Source: Octopus vulgaris (taxonomy: Eukaryota). From it: DNA of 64,000 nt. Location of the stretch: the NCBI GenBank assembly GCA_951406725.2, contig OX597822.1:58776001-58840000 (forward strand), written 5' to 3'. Shown piece after piece: positions 52,505-64,000 of this stretch; position 1 is the first letter of the stretch, and every line of letters begins with the position of its first letter. Below the pieces are notes generated by a model. That model was not told the origin of the DNA. It searched no databases and was given only the letters and a program-made list of their open reading frames with translations. The translations under genes were made by a program, and so were the position numbers.

Positions 52505-53150
52505 AACATATGTGACAAACTCAAGGCCAGCGGGTCACATCCGGCTCGATGCATAATTATATCAGGCTCATGAGAGAATTTTAGGCAAATATTTTTTAAT
52601 GGCCCGGCAATATGAAGTGTAAACCACAAATTCCCCAATTTAGCAGCCATGTTGAACGAAAGGCTGCCTAAGAGCATAACCCCGTCGATAAGAATAAGTT
52701 AAAATGTAAGTTGTATAAACCTAGCAAGATCCTGTTGCGCGTTTTGGATTGGCGCATAAGTCATGTGTGTCTAATTTGTGGAGACAATGTGGCTGTGATC
52801 AAGGAATATAATCTAAGACGGCACTACGAGACTAATCATCTAGACAAATCGAAAAACTTGAATGCTGAACAGAAGCTACAGATGGTTAGAATTGAAGAGG
52901 AATCTAACATCACAGCAGACGTTTTTCACCGAAGCAAAAGCACAAAGTGAAGCTACTGTGAAAGCAGGTTTTATTGTGACAGAGGATATCATCAAATCAG
53001 CCCAACCATTTGCTGAGGGAGAGTTTCTGAAGAATTACATGATGAAAGTGTGTGACATCTTGTGTCCAGACGAAAAGCAGATGTTTGCAAAAGTAAGCCT
53101 AAGCCTTAGCAAAAATACAATTGCTGATCGAGTTTGTGAGATGGCCACTG
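52505..53150 (+). mobile_element. hAT (Charlie/Buster/SPIN-like) transposon 5' fragment
   Basis: Subterminal caaactcaaggccagcgggtcacatccggc; VCLICGDNVAVIKEYNLRRHYETNH zinc finger; PFAEGEFLK..ILCP..VSLS..TIADRV. Frameshifted and truncated. Confidence 0.82.
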
Positions 53151-53207
53151 AAACACCAGTACTGGTTGTCAAGCGGAGGTGGTGGGGAAACACAGACACA
53201 AAGACAC

Positions 53208-53276
<69 letters not shown>

Positions 53277-53279
<3 letters not shown>

Positions 53280-53679
53280 CGCAGGAGTGGCTGTGTGGTA
53301 AGTAGCTTGCTAACCAACCACATGGTTCTGGGTTCAGTCCCACTGCGTGGCATCTTGGGCAAGTGTCTTCTGCTATAGCCCCGGGCCGACCAATGCCTTG
53401 TGAGTGGATTTGGTAGACAGAAACTGAAAGAAGCCTGTCGTATATATGTATATATGTGTGTGTGTATATGTTTGTGTGTCTGTGTTTGTCCCCCTAGCAT
53501 TGCTTGACAACCGATACTGGTGTGTTTACGTCCCCGTCACTTAGCGGTTCGGCAAAAGAGACCGATAGTATAAGTACTGGGCTTACAAAGAATAAGTCCC
53601 GGGGTCGATTTGCTCGACTAAAGGCGGTGCTCCAGCATGGCCGCAGTCAAAATGACTGAACCAAGTAAAAGAGTAAAGA

Positions 53680-53680
<1 letters not shown>
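53277..53680 (+). mobile_element. SINE family A, CpG-rich copy
   Basis: Full head-to-tail match to 9174-9535. Confidence 0.9.
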
Positions 53681-53733
<53 letters not shown>

Positions 53734-53742
<9 letters not shown>

Positions 53743-54282
53743 GTGAATTGAAGAAATGGAGCTGAACGCAGATTGAACAGAAATCGTTTTATTTCATTCT
53801 ACACGTGTTTCGAAAGGCACAATTTACCAAAATCCGATTGAATAATGGGACCATATTGTGTCTTTCTCTTCAGGAAGAAATAGGAAATCCGTTGGAAAAA
53901 ACAAAAACAGAACAGAGGCGGAGCAAAAAGAAATCGAACTAGGCTCCGCCTCTGTTCTGTTTTTGTTTTTTCCAACGGATTTCCTATTTCTTCCTGAAGA
54001 GAAGACACAATATGGTCCCATTATTCAATCGGATTTTGGTAAATTGTGCCTTTCGAAACACGTGTAGAATGAAATAAAACGATTTCTGTTCAATCTGCGT
54101 TCAACTCCATTTCTTCAATTCACCAATAATATTTTAATTTCAATTATCCGCACCAACGCACGGTTGCAACACCATATGGTTATACCTCCAACCGTGCTGT
54201 TTACTGCTGTGATTTTTGCTACCAAGGTATCGGTTAAACTTTTGATTAATCTACTACAAGATTATTCATCTTTCTATTTCAC

Positions 54283-54290
<8 letters not shown>
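53734..54290. mobile_element. Penelope-like fold-back cassette: arms of about 190 bp, each carrying an HHR
   Basis: Arms 53734-53924 and 53943-54132, 18-bp spacer, (TA)n on both sides. Confidence 0.85.
53985..54076 (+). ncRNA. Type I hammerhead motif with long helix II (mirror copy at 53790-53882, minus strand)
   Basis: tatttc-ttc-CTGAAGA-gaagacacaat...attgtgcctttc-GAA-ACACGTGT-A-gaa-t-gaaata. Confidence 0.72.
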
Positions 54291-54331
<41 letters not shown>

Positions 54332-54366
54332 AGTGTTAGGTGTCCTAACACTCTATACAAAGACAC

Positions 54367-54418
<52 letters not shown>

Positions 54419-54423
54419 TTATA

Positions 54424-54478
<55 letters not shown>

Positions 54479-55601
54479 AGAGTGTTAGGTGTCCTAACAC
54501 TTACATACTACATACAGATATACATGCATAACGCAAAACATATAGAGAGAAAGAGAGTGAGAGAGAGAGATTAAGGGATGAAGCGGAGAACAAGAGAAAC
54601 ATTTAAATAAGGGAAATATTAAAATAAGAAACATTAAAACGTCTGATGTCAAATAAGTCAACGTCGAATCAATGATTCCAAGTATGCAACGCCAAAATGG
54701 CTGTGCCAAATCGTCTCATTCACAAGTAGTCACTCGGTTGTTGTTGTTGTTATGTAACCCTCGGTCAGTCTTGATCGGGTAGCTGTATGGCTTCTACCTA
54801 GTGGTTGTTGTGTAGCCCTTGGTATATAGACAGGTAGTTGTTGATCAGGTCATTCCTGGTCGACCGGTCTTATGGTAAACGAGAAGTCGACCGAACGACG
54901 AAGGACAAACCTCAACTTTTACACCTCATCGTCATATGATGTTCTATTTTGAGTTTTTTTTTAATATTTGTCCCTATAAAATTTTATATTATGGTATTTT
55001 TTTTATACCCCTTCTTTTTTTCTTTTTCCTATTGCAAATCAACATTCGAACTTCTTTTCGGTAGCCGGAAATATATGCATTTACGACAGTGAAATTCTGG
55101 CAATTCTGTATTTTCCCTTCTAAAAAGAGAGTACGCAGAACATAGGGATAACAAAAAGGCAACAAAGGGATAACTAAGGGGTAGCTAATGTATCTAAGGA
55201 GTATGTAAAACTACATTATAAAATGTGACTTCTGTTTTTAAAGACGGTTTGGCTTTGATGTGAGGGAGATTTGGCTGCTACCTCTAGCATTCTGAGCGAC
55301 AACAGATAAGCTTCCACGCCGTTTTTGGGTTCCTTTGTTACTCGTCTTTGGCATAAGTATAATTTGTAAGAGGCCACTCTTTGTTATAGTTATTTCAATG
55401 AAATCGTGAACGCTGATTTGGCAAGTTACCAACGACTATTACTCTCTTAAAGTACACCAAGCTCTTTATCTAAAAAAGAAAGATGTCACATGACTACAGT
55501 TTTGAAAGGTTTTCCTAGATGTTTAATAAACATATTTTTCTTTCATGAAAGCATCAAACACGCACATACACACACACACATACATGGATATACATACACA
55601 G

Positions 55602-55633
<32 letters not shown>

Positions 55634-55934
55634 TGTATGTATGTATGTATGTATGTATGTATGTATGTATATATATATGTATATATGTATATATGTTCTT
55701 AATTTGTTTTATAAAGTCAAAACAGTACAAATTATAAATAATACAAGTCGATGGTTTGTGCTTTTCCTAGTATTTAAATTATTCGGAGTTAGAACCCCAT
55801 CTTCAACACCATTTCTCTAGAAATTTCCCGAAGAAGGGATCCCTAATTCCGAAATACTGAAATAAATTGTGAAAAAAAAAAAAAAAAAAGTACAAACGGT
55901 CTCCTACAGAGACATCTTATTCTAGGGTTCTTTT

Positions 55935-56706
55935 CTACTCTAAGCACAAGGCCCGAAATTTTTTGAGGAGGAGGCCAGTCGATTAGTTCGACCCCAGTAC
56001 GCAACTGGTACTTAATTTATCGACCCCGAAAGGATGAAAGACAAAGTCTTACGCCCGGCGTGCTAACGTTTCTTATTTCTTTATTGCTCACAAGGGGCTA
56101 AATATAGAGGGGACAAACAAGGATAGACAAAGGGATAGACAAAGAGATCACATCGACCCAGTGCGTAACTGGTACTTAATTTATCGACTCTGGAAGGATG
56201 AAAGGCAAAGTCGGCCTCGGTGGAATTTGAACTCGGAACGTAAAGGCAGACGAAATACCTATTTCTTTACTACCCACAAGGGGCTAAACACAGAGAGGAC
56301 AAACAAGGAGAGACAAAGGGATTAAGTCGATTATATCGACCCCAGTGCGTAACTGGTATTTATTTAATCGACCCGGAAAGGATGAAAGGCACAGTCGACC
56401 TCGGCGGAATTTGAACTCAGAACGTAGCGACAGACAAAATACCGCTAAGCATTTCGCCGGCCGTGCTAACGTTTCTTATTTCTTTGTTGCCCACAAGGGG
56501 CTAAATATAGAGGGGGAAAACAAGGATAGACAAAGGGATTAAGTCGATTATAACGACCCAGTGCGTAACTGGTACTTATTTAATCGACCTCGAAAGGATG
56601 AAAGGCAAAGTCGACCTCGGCGGAATTTGAACTCAGAACGTAACGGCAGACGAAATACCGCTAAGCATTTCGCCCGGCGTGCTAACGTTTCTGCCAGCTC
56701 GCCGTC
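55935..56706 (-). mobile_element. Tandem multimer of SINE family B segments with a recurrent spacer
   Basis: Four aactggta...gaaaggatgaaag blocks separated three times by cacaaggggctaaa..acaaacaagga..gacaaaggga. Confidence 0.8.
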
Positions 56707-57084
56707 TTACATCTTATTCTAGGATTGATGGAGTAAGATGCTCATTGAGACACAACATTATCAGAAGCTTCTGCGGCACAGATAGCCTTCGTGTTTTTTT
56801 TTTCTTTCTGCCATGCTGTTAGAATACTCAAATGGTTCACAATATTATACTGAGTTAAGGCGAGCATAAATTTTGGAGCAGAGAGCTAGTTGAGTTCATC
56901 AATTTCACTGTTCGACTAGTACTTATTTTAACGATCATAGAAAGATGAAAGGCAAAAATCGACCTCGTCAAAATTTGAACTTAGAACATAAAGCCGGAAG
57001 AAATACCGTTAAGCATTTGGTCCGGTGTGTTAACGATTCTGTCAACTCGTTGCCTTAAATATCCTATTAATTCTTTATTTTTTA

Positions 57085-57269
57085 TTTGTTTCAGTCATTT
57101 GACTGCGGCCAAGCTGGAGCACCGCCTTTAGTTGAGCAAATCGATCCCAGGACTTATCCTTCGTAAGCCTAGTACTTATTCTATCGGTCTCTTTTGCCGA
57201 ACCGCTAAGTTACGGGGGACGTAAACACACCAGCATCGGTTGTCAAGCGACGTTGGGGGGACAAACACA

Positions 57270-57310
<41 letters not shown>

Positions 57311-57473
57311 GACGGGCTCCTTTCAGTTTCCGCCTGCCAAATCTACTCATAAGGCTTTGGTCGGCCCGAGGCTACAGTAGAAGACATTTGCTCAATGTGC
57401 CACACATTGGGACTGAACCCGTAACCATGCGGTTGGTAAGCAAGCTACTTACCACACAGCCACTCCTGTGCCT
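57085..57473 (-). mobile_element. SINE family A
   Basis: Reverse complement of 53277-53680. Confidence 0.9.
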
Positions 57474-58212
57474 ATAAATATTGATTTCAAATTATTAAGG
57501 CGGCAAGCTGGCAGAATGTCACCGCGCCGGAATAAAATGCTTAGCAGTATTTTTTCCGACTTTACGTTCTGAGTTCAAATGTCGCCGGGGTTGACTTTGC
57601 TTTTCGTCCTTTCGGGGTCGATAAAATAAGTACCAGTGAGCACTGGGGCCAATATAATCGACTTGGACCATCGCCCCATAGCTGCTGGCTTTGTACCAAA
57701 ATTTGAAATAAATATTGATTTCCACTTATGGCACAAGGCTAGTAAATTCAGAGAAAGGGGGTAAGTTGATTACATTGACTCTAGTACTCAACTGGTACTT
57801 ATATTATATCGACCCTAGTACACAACTGGTATTTATTTTAACGTTACCAGGATAAAAGGCAAAGTCAACCTCAGCAGAATTTGAACTCAGAACGTACGGA
57901 CGAACGAAATGCCGCTAAGCATGCTAACGAATCTGGAAGCTCGCCATACTTAATATTACGCACGTATCTGTAGCAAATGGTATTAGTCACCAGATTTTTT
58001 ATAAACGTGTTGTAAAACGATTTAATTTTCGCCATGAAAACTAACATTTTAAGAGAAATCCAATAACGTTCTGTTAAATCGAATATACCTTCGTTAAGAA
58101 TAACTCAGGGCCATTCATCACCTGGGCATTGTCGGGGATTCTGTTAATGTGTATTTGTGCGTGTGTCTTTAATATATGTGTATGTGTGCGTATATTAAAT
58201 ATCTGTGTGTGT

Positions 58213-58263
<51 letters not shown>

Positions 58264-58709
58264 GTGTGCATGTATGTGTGTGGATTTAACGTTTGTTTTT
58301 TCCAGCTTAATTCATTCTATTAAGTAGTGTAATACTAATCCTAATAGACCCATCTTTAATAGATTATCCTTGAAGAGGATAATCTATACTTTCATTTAAA
58401 CTAGATCACAAAACATATCTGATTACACCACCACTACTTGTTCTGTCAAAATTTGCTATACACATACATATGACCGCAGTCAAAAGACTCTCTCTCTCTT
58501 TACTCTTTTACTTGTTTCAGTCATTTGACTGTGGCCATACTGGAGCACCGCCTTTAGTCAAGCAAATCGACCCCAGAACTTATTCTTTGTAAGCCTAGTA
58601 CTTATTCTATCGGTCTCTTTTGCCAAACCGCTAAGTTACGGGCACGTAAACACACCAGCGTCGGTTGTCAAGCGATGTTGGGGCGACAAACACATAGAGT
58701 GACCCGATA

Positions 58710-60482
58710 ATATTACACCAGACTTAGAAAAATATGAAGTCGGAACTTCCCTTACAACAAAACAATATCCCACAATGCATTTGAGGTACTAGTGCTGATC
58801 TCAACATTTGGGATATTTGATTGGTCTGGAGAGGAAATCCACTCTATCGATATCAAAACCCGCAAAATCCTGACAACAACTGGGAACGTCTACAGAAACA
58901 GTGATGTTGACAGGCTCTACCTAAGAAGAAATGAAGGTGGTAGAGGCCTGAGATCAGTGCAGACGGCCTTCGAATGCCATTACTCAGGCAGCAGCTGCTG
59001 AACAGCAGCCGCAAAAATAAATATATTAATGCTGTTTTGAAAAGTGAAATGAGCAACATTGTACGAGTTGGCAGTGAGCTCATCGATAAGCACTCTCTTC
59101 CTGATGATCTCCTATACAGCCCCAAAACAGCTGGGCTCTCTTACCTCAGAGAAGACCTAGATGGAAAGCACTCAGCATACAAAAAAAAAAAAAATGTTAA
59201 GCATGGGTATGTTGCCCGGATGCTTGAAGAAGACAGTAGAATTGACGCAAAGCGCAGCCTGTCTTGGACACAAGACCACTACATCACATCACACTTTGAA
59301 ACCTATGCGTTTGCAATCCAGGAGCAGAAGATTGCCACTAAGTACCAGGTGAACAAGAGGGACAGTGACGCTCTTGCAATCCCAAGGTGCAACTGCATGA
59401 GTAGGCTATGTAATGTTTCTGTGGAAGGCATTACGCATGTGATTAGCAGCTGTCCTAAAATGTTGTCTCGGTACTACCTCCCTATGCGGCACGATGTTGT
59501 TGCTAAAACAACTTACATGCCATCCGCAAAAACGACTGTTCTGAAATAAACTTAGAAAATCCCTCTGTTATAGATTACATTCATAAACACCAACTCAAGG
59601 AATACTGGTGGAATATTCCCATCAAAACTTCTGTCAAATGTAAGCATAACAGGCCGGATATTGTTGTTTGGGATAGAGGACTAAAGGTATTTACCGTCAT
59701 AGAGGTCAGTTGTCCTGCAGATATTAATATATTGTCCTGCAGATATTAATATCTCTTTGAAAATCAAACAAAAAGAGGATATCTATGGACAACTGCTTCA
59801 AAACCTCCAGCTTCTATAATCAGACTATGAATTCATATTCATACCAATAATAACTGGAGCACTAGGTTTTGTCAGTAAATGCTTAAATGAGAATCTGGAT
59901 AAATTGGGATTTTCAGAAGGAGAAACTGACCTGCTGATTTGTACATTACAAGTGCAATCTGTGAGTAGAACAGTAAAAATATGCAAGACTTTTCTCAAGT
60001 TCCAAATGTGAATTTGTCTGTGTTAACTGCATCCCAAAGATGGAGCCTTGTATCTTTGTCGAAAACCGGCTCTTGTAATCCCAAGATGCAACCGCATGTG
60101 TAGGCTATGTAATGTTTATGTGGAAGACATTATGCATGTGATTAGCAGCTGTCCTAAAATGTTGTCTCGGTACTACCTCCCTATGCGGCACGATGTTGTT
60201 GCTAAAACAACTTACATGCCATCCGCAAAAACGACTGTTCTGAAATAAACTCAGAAAACTCCTGTGTTATGGAATACATTCTTAAACACCAACTCAAGGA
60301 ATACTGGTGGAATATTCCCATCAAAACTTCTGTCAAATGTAAGCATAACAGGCCGGATATTGTTGTTTGGGATAGAAGAGCAAAGATATGTACTATCATA
60401 GAGGTTAGCTGCCCTGCAGTTATTAATATCTCGTTGAAAATTAAAGAAAAAGAGGATATCTATGGACAACTGCTTCGAAACC
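58710..60482 (+). mobile_element. 5'-truncated R4/Dong-clade LINE (RLE endonuclease) with duplicated C-terminal segment
   Basis: DVDRLYL..GGRGL; CRLC..E...HVISSC..RHD; NRPDIVVWD..IEVSCP..K; IPIITGALG. Stop at 60009-11. Segment 59370-59805 is repeated at 60069-60482. Confidence 0.88.
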
Positions 60483-60524
60483 GCTTCGTACACTAAGGAA
60501 GGTGATAACTCGAAGGGATATCGC

Positions 60525-60935
60525 AGGTCATTAAGAATGAAATGTCCGATTTTGAGCTGAAAGTTTATTTTACTTCATCTCAACAAAAAGCAATGCAGTT
60601 AATCAAAGTATGCACCTAAATTATCAATACAATTTTGCCATTTTATCGGTAGCTTATTTATGTCGGCAGCGAAGAATTCTGGAGAGCACCAGGTGATGAA
60701 ATCACGAAAGGTTTCAGATTTGAAGTTTTTCCTTGCAAAAAGTTTCTAATGCCTGGAAAACGTGATAATCAGATGGTGCAAGGTTTGGTGAATATGGTGG
60801 ATGACAGAGTACTTCCAAGTTCGGTTCCTATAACTTGAGTAGCGTTCTTTGTGCAGTATGTGGTCGAGCATTGTCTTGCAAGAGAATTGGGCTGTCTCCG
60901 TTGACCAATCTCGGTTGTTTACTCATCATGCCATC
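60525..60935 (-). mobile_element. Mariner 3' fragment (cecropia/Hsmar1-type)
   Basis: LVNGDSPILLQDNARPH..EVLCHPPYSPNLAPSDYH..WQNCID..GAYFD*. Confidence 0.82.
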
Positions 60936-61085
60936 CAATGTAAACATCCACTGTAATTGACTTACCAGTCTCATGAAGTTGTAGTGGATGACACCAGCGC
61001 TGGATCACCAATAAGTACCAGTTTAACACTGGGGTCTATCCCCCCTACCCCGAAATTGTTGGCTTTGTGCCAAAATTTGAAACCA

Positions 61086-61250
<165 letters not shown>

Positions 61251-61744
61251 AGTAAGAGCAGTGCATGCCATCAAAATGACACTGGAGAAAAGTACACAAA
61301 GCCCAGTATACCCATCATAACTACCCGTCTGATAAGGCACATACATCACAACTATATGTGCATGACATGGTGATCTCATATCAAGATAAGCAGCACATAA
61401 CCTTGCAGGTAGGGCTCCGTTAGAATTTTCTTCAGGTCGAGTATTTCATCCCGCTCAAAAGGTCCCTGAATAAGGGTTGTTTGAGGATGGTGAACGAAAC
61501 ACCTATGTTTCCAAAGGTGAATTATCCAACCCCCGCCAAATTCCTCTTAACACGTAGCTGTGATGCTCGTGATAAGAGATGTATATATCGTCAGTCACTA
61601 AGGGACATGCTTAACTGGTTACGGTCAAACAACTGACAAGCAAATCTGTGATATTGAGCAGAATATTTGCTGTAGCCCATCTTTTATACCAAGACAAAAC
61701 AATGTTCATGATAACACTTCCATCATGTACATTGTTTTGTCTTG

Positions 61745-61950
61745 GTTATTATTCTGAAAGTCTCTCGGATAATTCTTAATTTCTGGTTGTTCTTTACTTG
61801 AAAGCAGGCAATAACAAATCACCAAAGGTTTCCTGTAGTGCCTTCTCCTGTGACTCAAAGAGACAATACTCTCCTTAGAATGCGAGCTGTACCCAACAAT
61901 GCTGTCTTCTGGAACACTTCGAGCCTGACAACAGCTCCAATATTCTTAGG
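61745..61950 (-). mobile_element. R4/Dong-clade LINE 3' end (second family)
   Basis: FQKTALLGTARILRRVLSL* on the minus strand, followed by a short 3'UTR. Confidence 0.75.
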
Positions 61951-61952
61951 TT

Positions 61953-62069
<117 letters not shown>

Positions 62070-62473
62070 TGTTTGTTAGAAGTGATCAAGCCCCGTTAAA
62101 ATACGTCACAAGATTTTGTCGCGTCTATTCACGTTTAATTTCGTACACCAATAAGGTCAACATCTCAATTTATCTTTTTAGAATCAATTAAGTAACAACA
62201 AATAAAGTGCTGGAATCGATTTAATTAGCCATAAAGCCATAACCCGCCCCCCTCGCCTACACGTTTGTGGCATTGTACCAATGTTAGAAGAAATTATTAG
62301 ATATTATTACAAATAACATACAGACATCACATTGTGTGACCTTGGTTTTAGCAAAGATGTGCCGGTTGTTGTGTTTGAACTGTTTATCCAATGTATATAA
62401 AAACAGTCATGGGTGATAATAATGATGAAGATAAATAACTCATGTGGAATCACGAACGCAACGCACGAATATA

Positions 62474-62564
<91 letters not shown>

Positions 62565-62590
62565 TGTGTGTATGTATGTATGTATGTATG

Positions 62591-62655
<65 letters not shown>

Positions 62656-64000
62656 TGTATGTGCAAGTGTGTGTGTGTATAAATAAATAAAGATAGATAA
62701 ATAAATAGATAGTTATGTAGATGGAGGAGTAGAAAAAAAGGTGGAGTGAAAGGTGATGAGACAGAGAGAGAAAGAACGAGGGTGTATTATAATTACATAT
62801 ATTTACCAGAGCAGATTAAAGAAAAGGCCATCAGACTGAAGGTTAAAGTAGAGCGCAATCGTCAGTTAATGAAAGAAGGAAGGTACGTGAGCCATTGGTA
62901 CATCATTTCATTTTAAAAGTGTTTGGTTGTTTGGAGATGATTTTACATGCAGGGGCAAGGACTGTGTGGACTGGACTTTACTGCAGTGACAAACCGTACC
63001 CTCGCATTGTCCAGGTAGTCTTTCATTTCTAGTATTTTTGTTACATTGTGTAGGTGATTGTGGCGGTGGTGACAGTGTATTTGTGTGTGTGTTGGCAGCC
63101 TGTGACCATCTAAAGACAAACATCACATACAGTGTGTTCTTTATATCGTAATTAGTTGTCGTTCATTGTGACTTGCATGGTTTATAATGGATCTAATGTA
63201 TTGTTCGTACATTACTGTTTTTTTTTGTTCTTATTGTTATTTTTGTTGTTTGTTTATTCCTATTGTTTTTGTTGTTTGTTCGTTTCTTTAGTCCAGATTA
63301 GACCTGACGGAGCAGACCTATGATAAATATATTTCATCCATCAACATATCGTCCTTTATTCATTTAACTTCACTTAAGCTTTTATTATTTCGAGTCAAAA
63401 TCTTCGTTGCGCCGACTACGACCTGGTTACTGGCGCAGTTCTACTGCATCTCAGTAGACTGCGTCAGAGACCCGGCCGCAGTTAGTGTGACGAAACGCTC
63501 AACCACCAGGACTTATTCTTTGCACACGTACTAGTTCTATCGTTTCTTTATCTCAGCCGCTAAGTTACGGGCACGTAAACACGTACCAGCATCGGTTGTT
63601 GGGAGGGACTGTTGAGACACACAAATATATCTCTACAAATATATATATATACATATATATCATACTGTCAAAGCCAAGAATCCTATTGCTTGGGACTATT
63701 TTGAAGTTATTGGTACTATTGCAAATTTTATGTATACGAGATACACTTTTTATGCTTGACTGAACTAGCTGCTAGCGATAGTTGACGATTTTCTTTACGA
63801 GACTCACCTACCTCGCCTCAGCTTATCCTGATTAAGCAGACCTAAGATCAAAAATGTTGTAACCGTGATCATCTCATAATTTTCTGAAGGAAATTTATTG
63901 AGTTGAAATTTGCAATGGTTTCCATAATTTAGAAGGCCAGATGGACTCATTCACTGGCTCTTTTACTCTTTTACTCTTTTACTCTTTTACTCTTTTACTC

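Noticed and set aside
52711-53278. GTF2IRD2/ZBED host gene
   Set aside because: Frameshifted, truncated and preceded by hAT subterminal sequence; it is a transposon relic
55782-55870. Further hammerhead candidates (ccgaaga..gaaa here; ccaatga..ggaa at 24584-24618)
   Set aside because: Cores and helices are too degenerate to call, although the context resembles the other cassettes

Overview
AT-rich, repeat-dense eukaryotic (metazoan) genomic DNA. The SINE families, RTE LINEs and (TA)n density point to a coleoid cephalopod, probably Octopus (inference). One host gene can be reconstructed by hand: a minus-strand CLCC1 (chloride channel CLIC-like 1/MCLC) homologue with 7 coding exons (37370 to 20685, about 381 aa, all introns phase 0) and a candidate promoter/first exon near 40.36-40.44 kb. 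Mobile DNA includes a CsRn1-clade Ty3/Gypsy provirus (11075-15560, TSD TGTC) nested in a SINE, mariners of three subfamilies, RTE and R4/Dong LINE relics, a hAT fragment, Helitron-like elements, a Mutator-like MITE and many tRNA-derived SINEs. The most unusual signal is about a dozen hammerhead-ribozyme (HHR) motifs in short non-coding Penelope-like cassettes, several with the layout (TA)n / inverted repeat / HHR. They include canonical C3:G8 cores, apparent compensatory U3:A8 and G3:C8 variants, and one motif whose three HHR strands occur in a non-canonical order. All folding and alignments were done by eye. None of the ribozymes is shown to be active.
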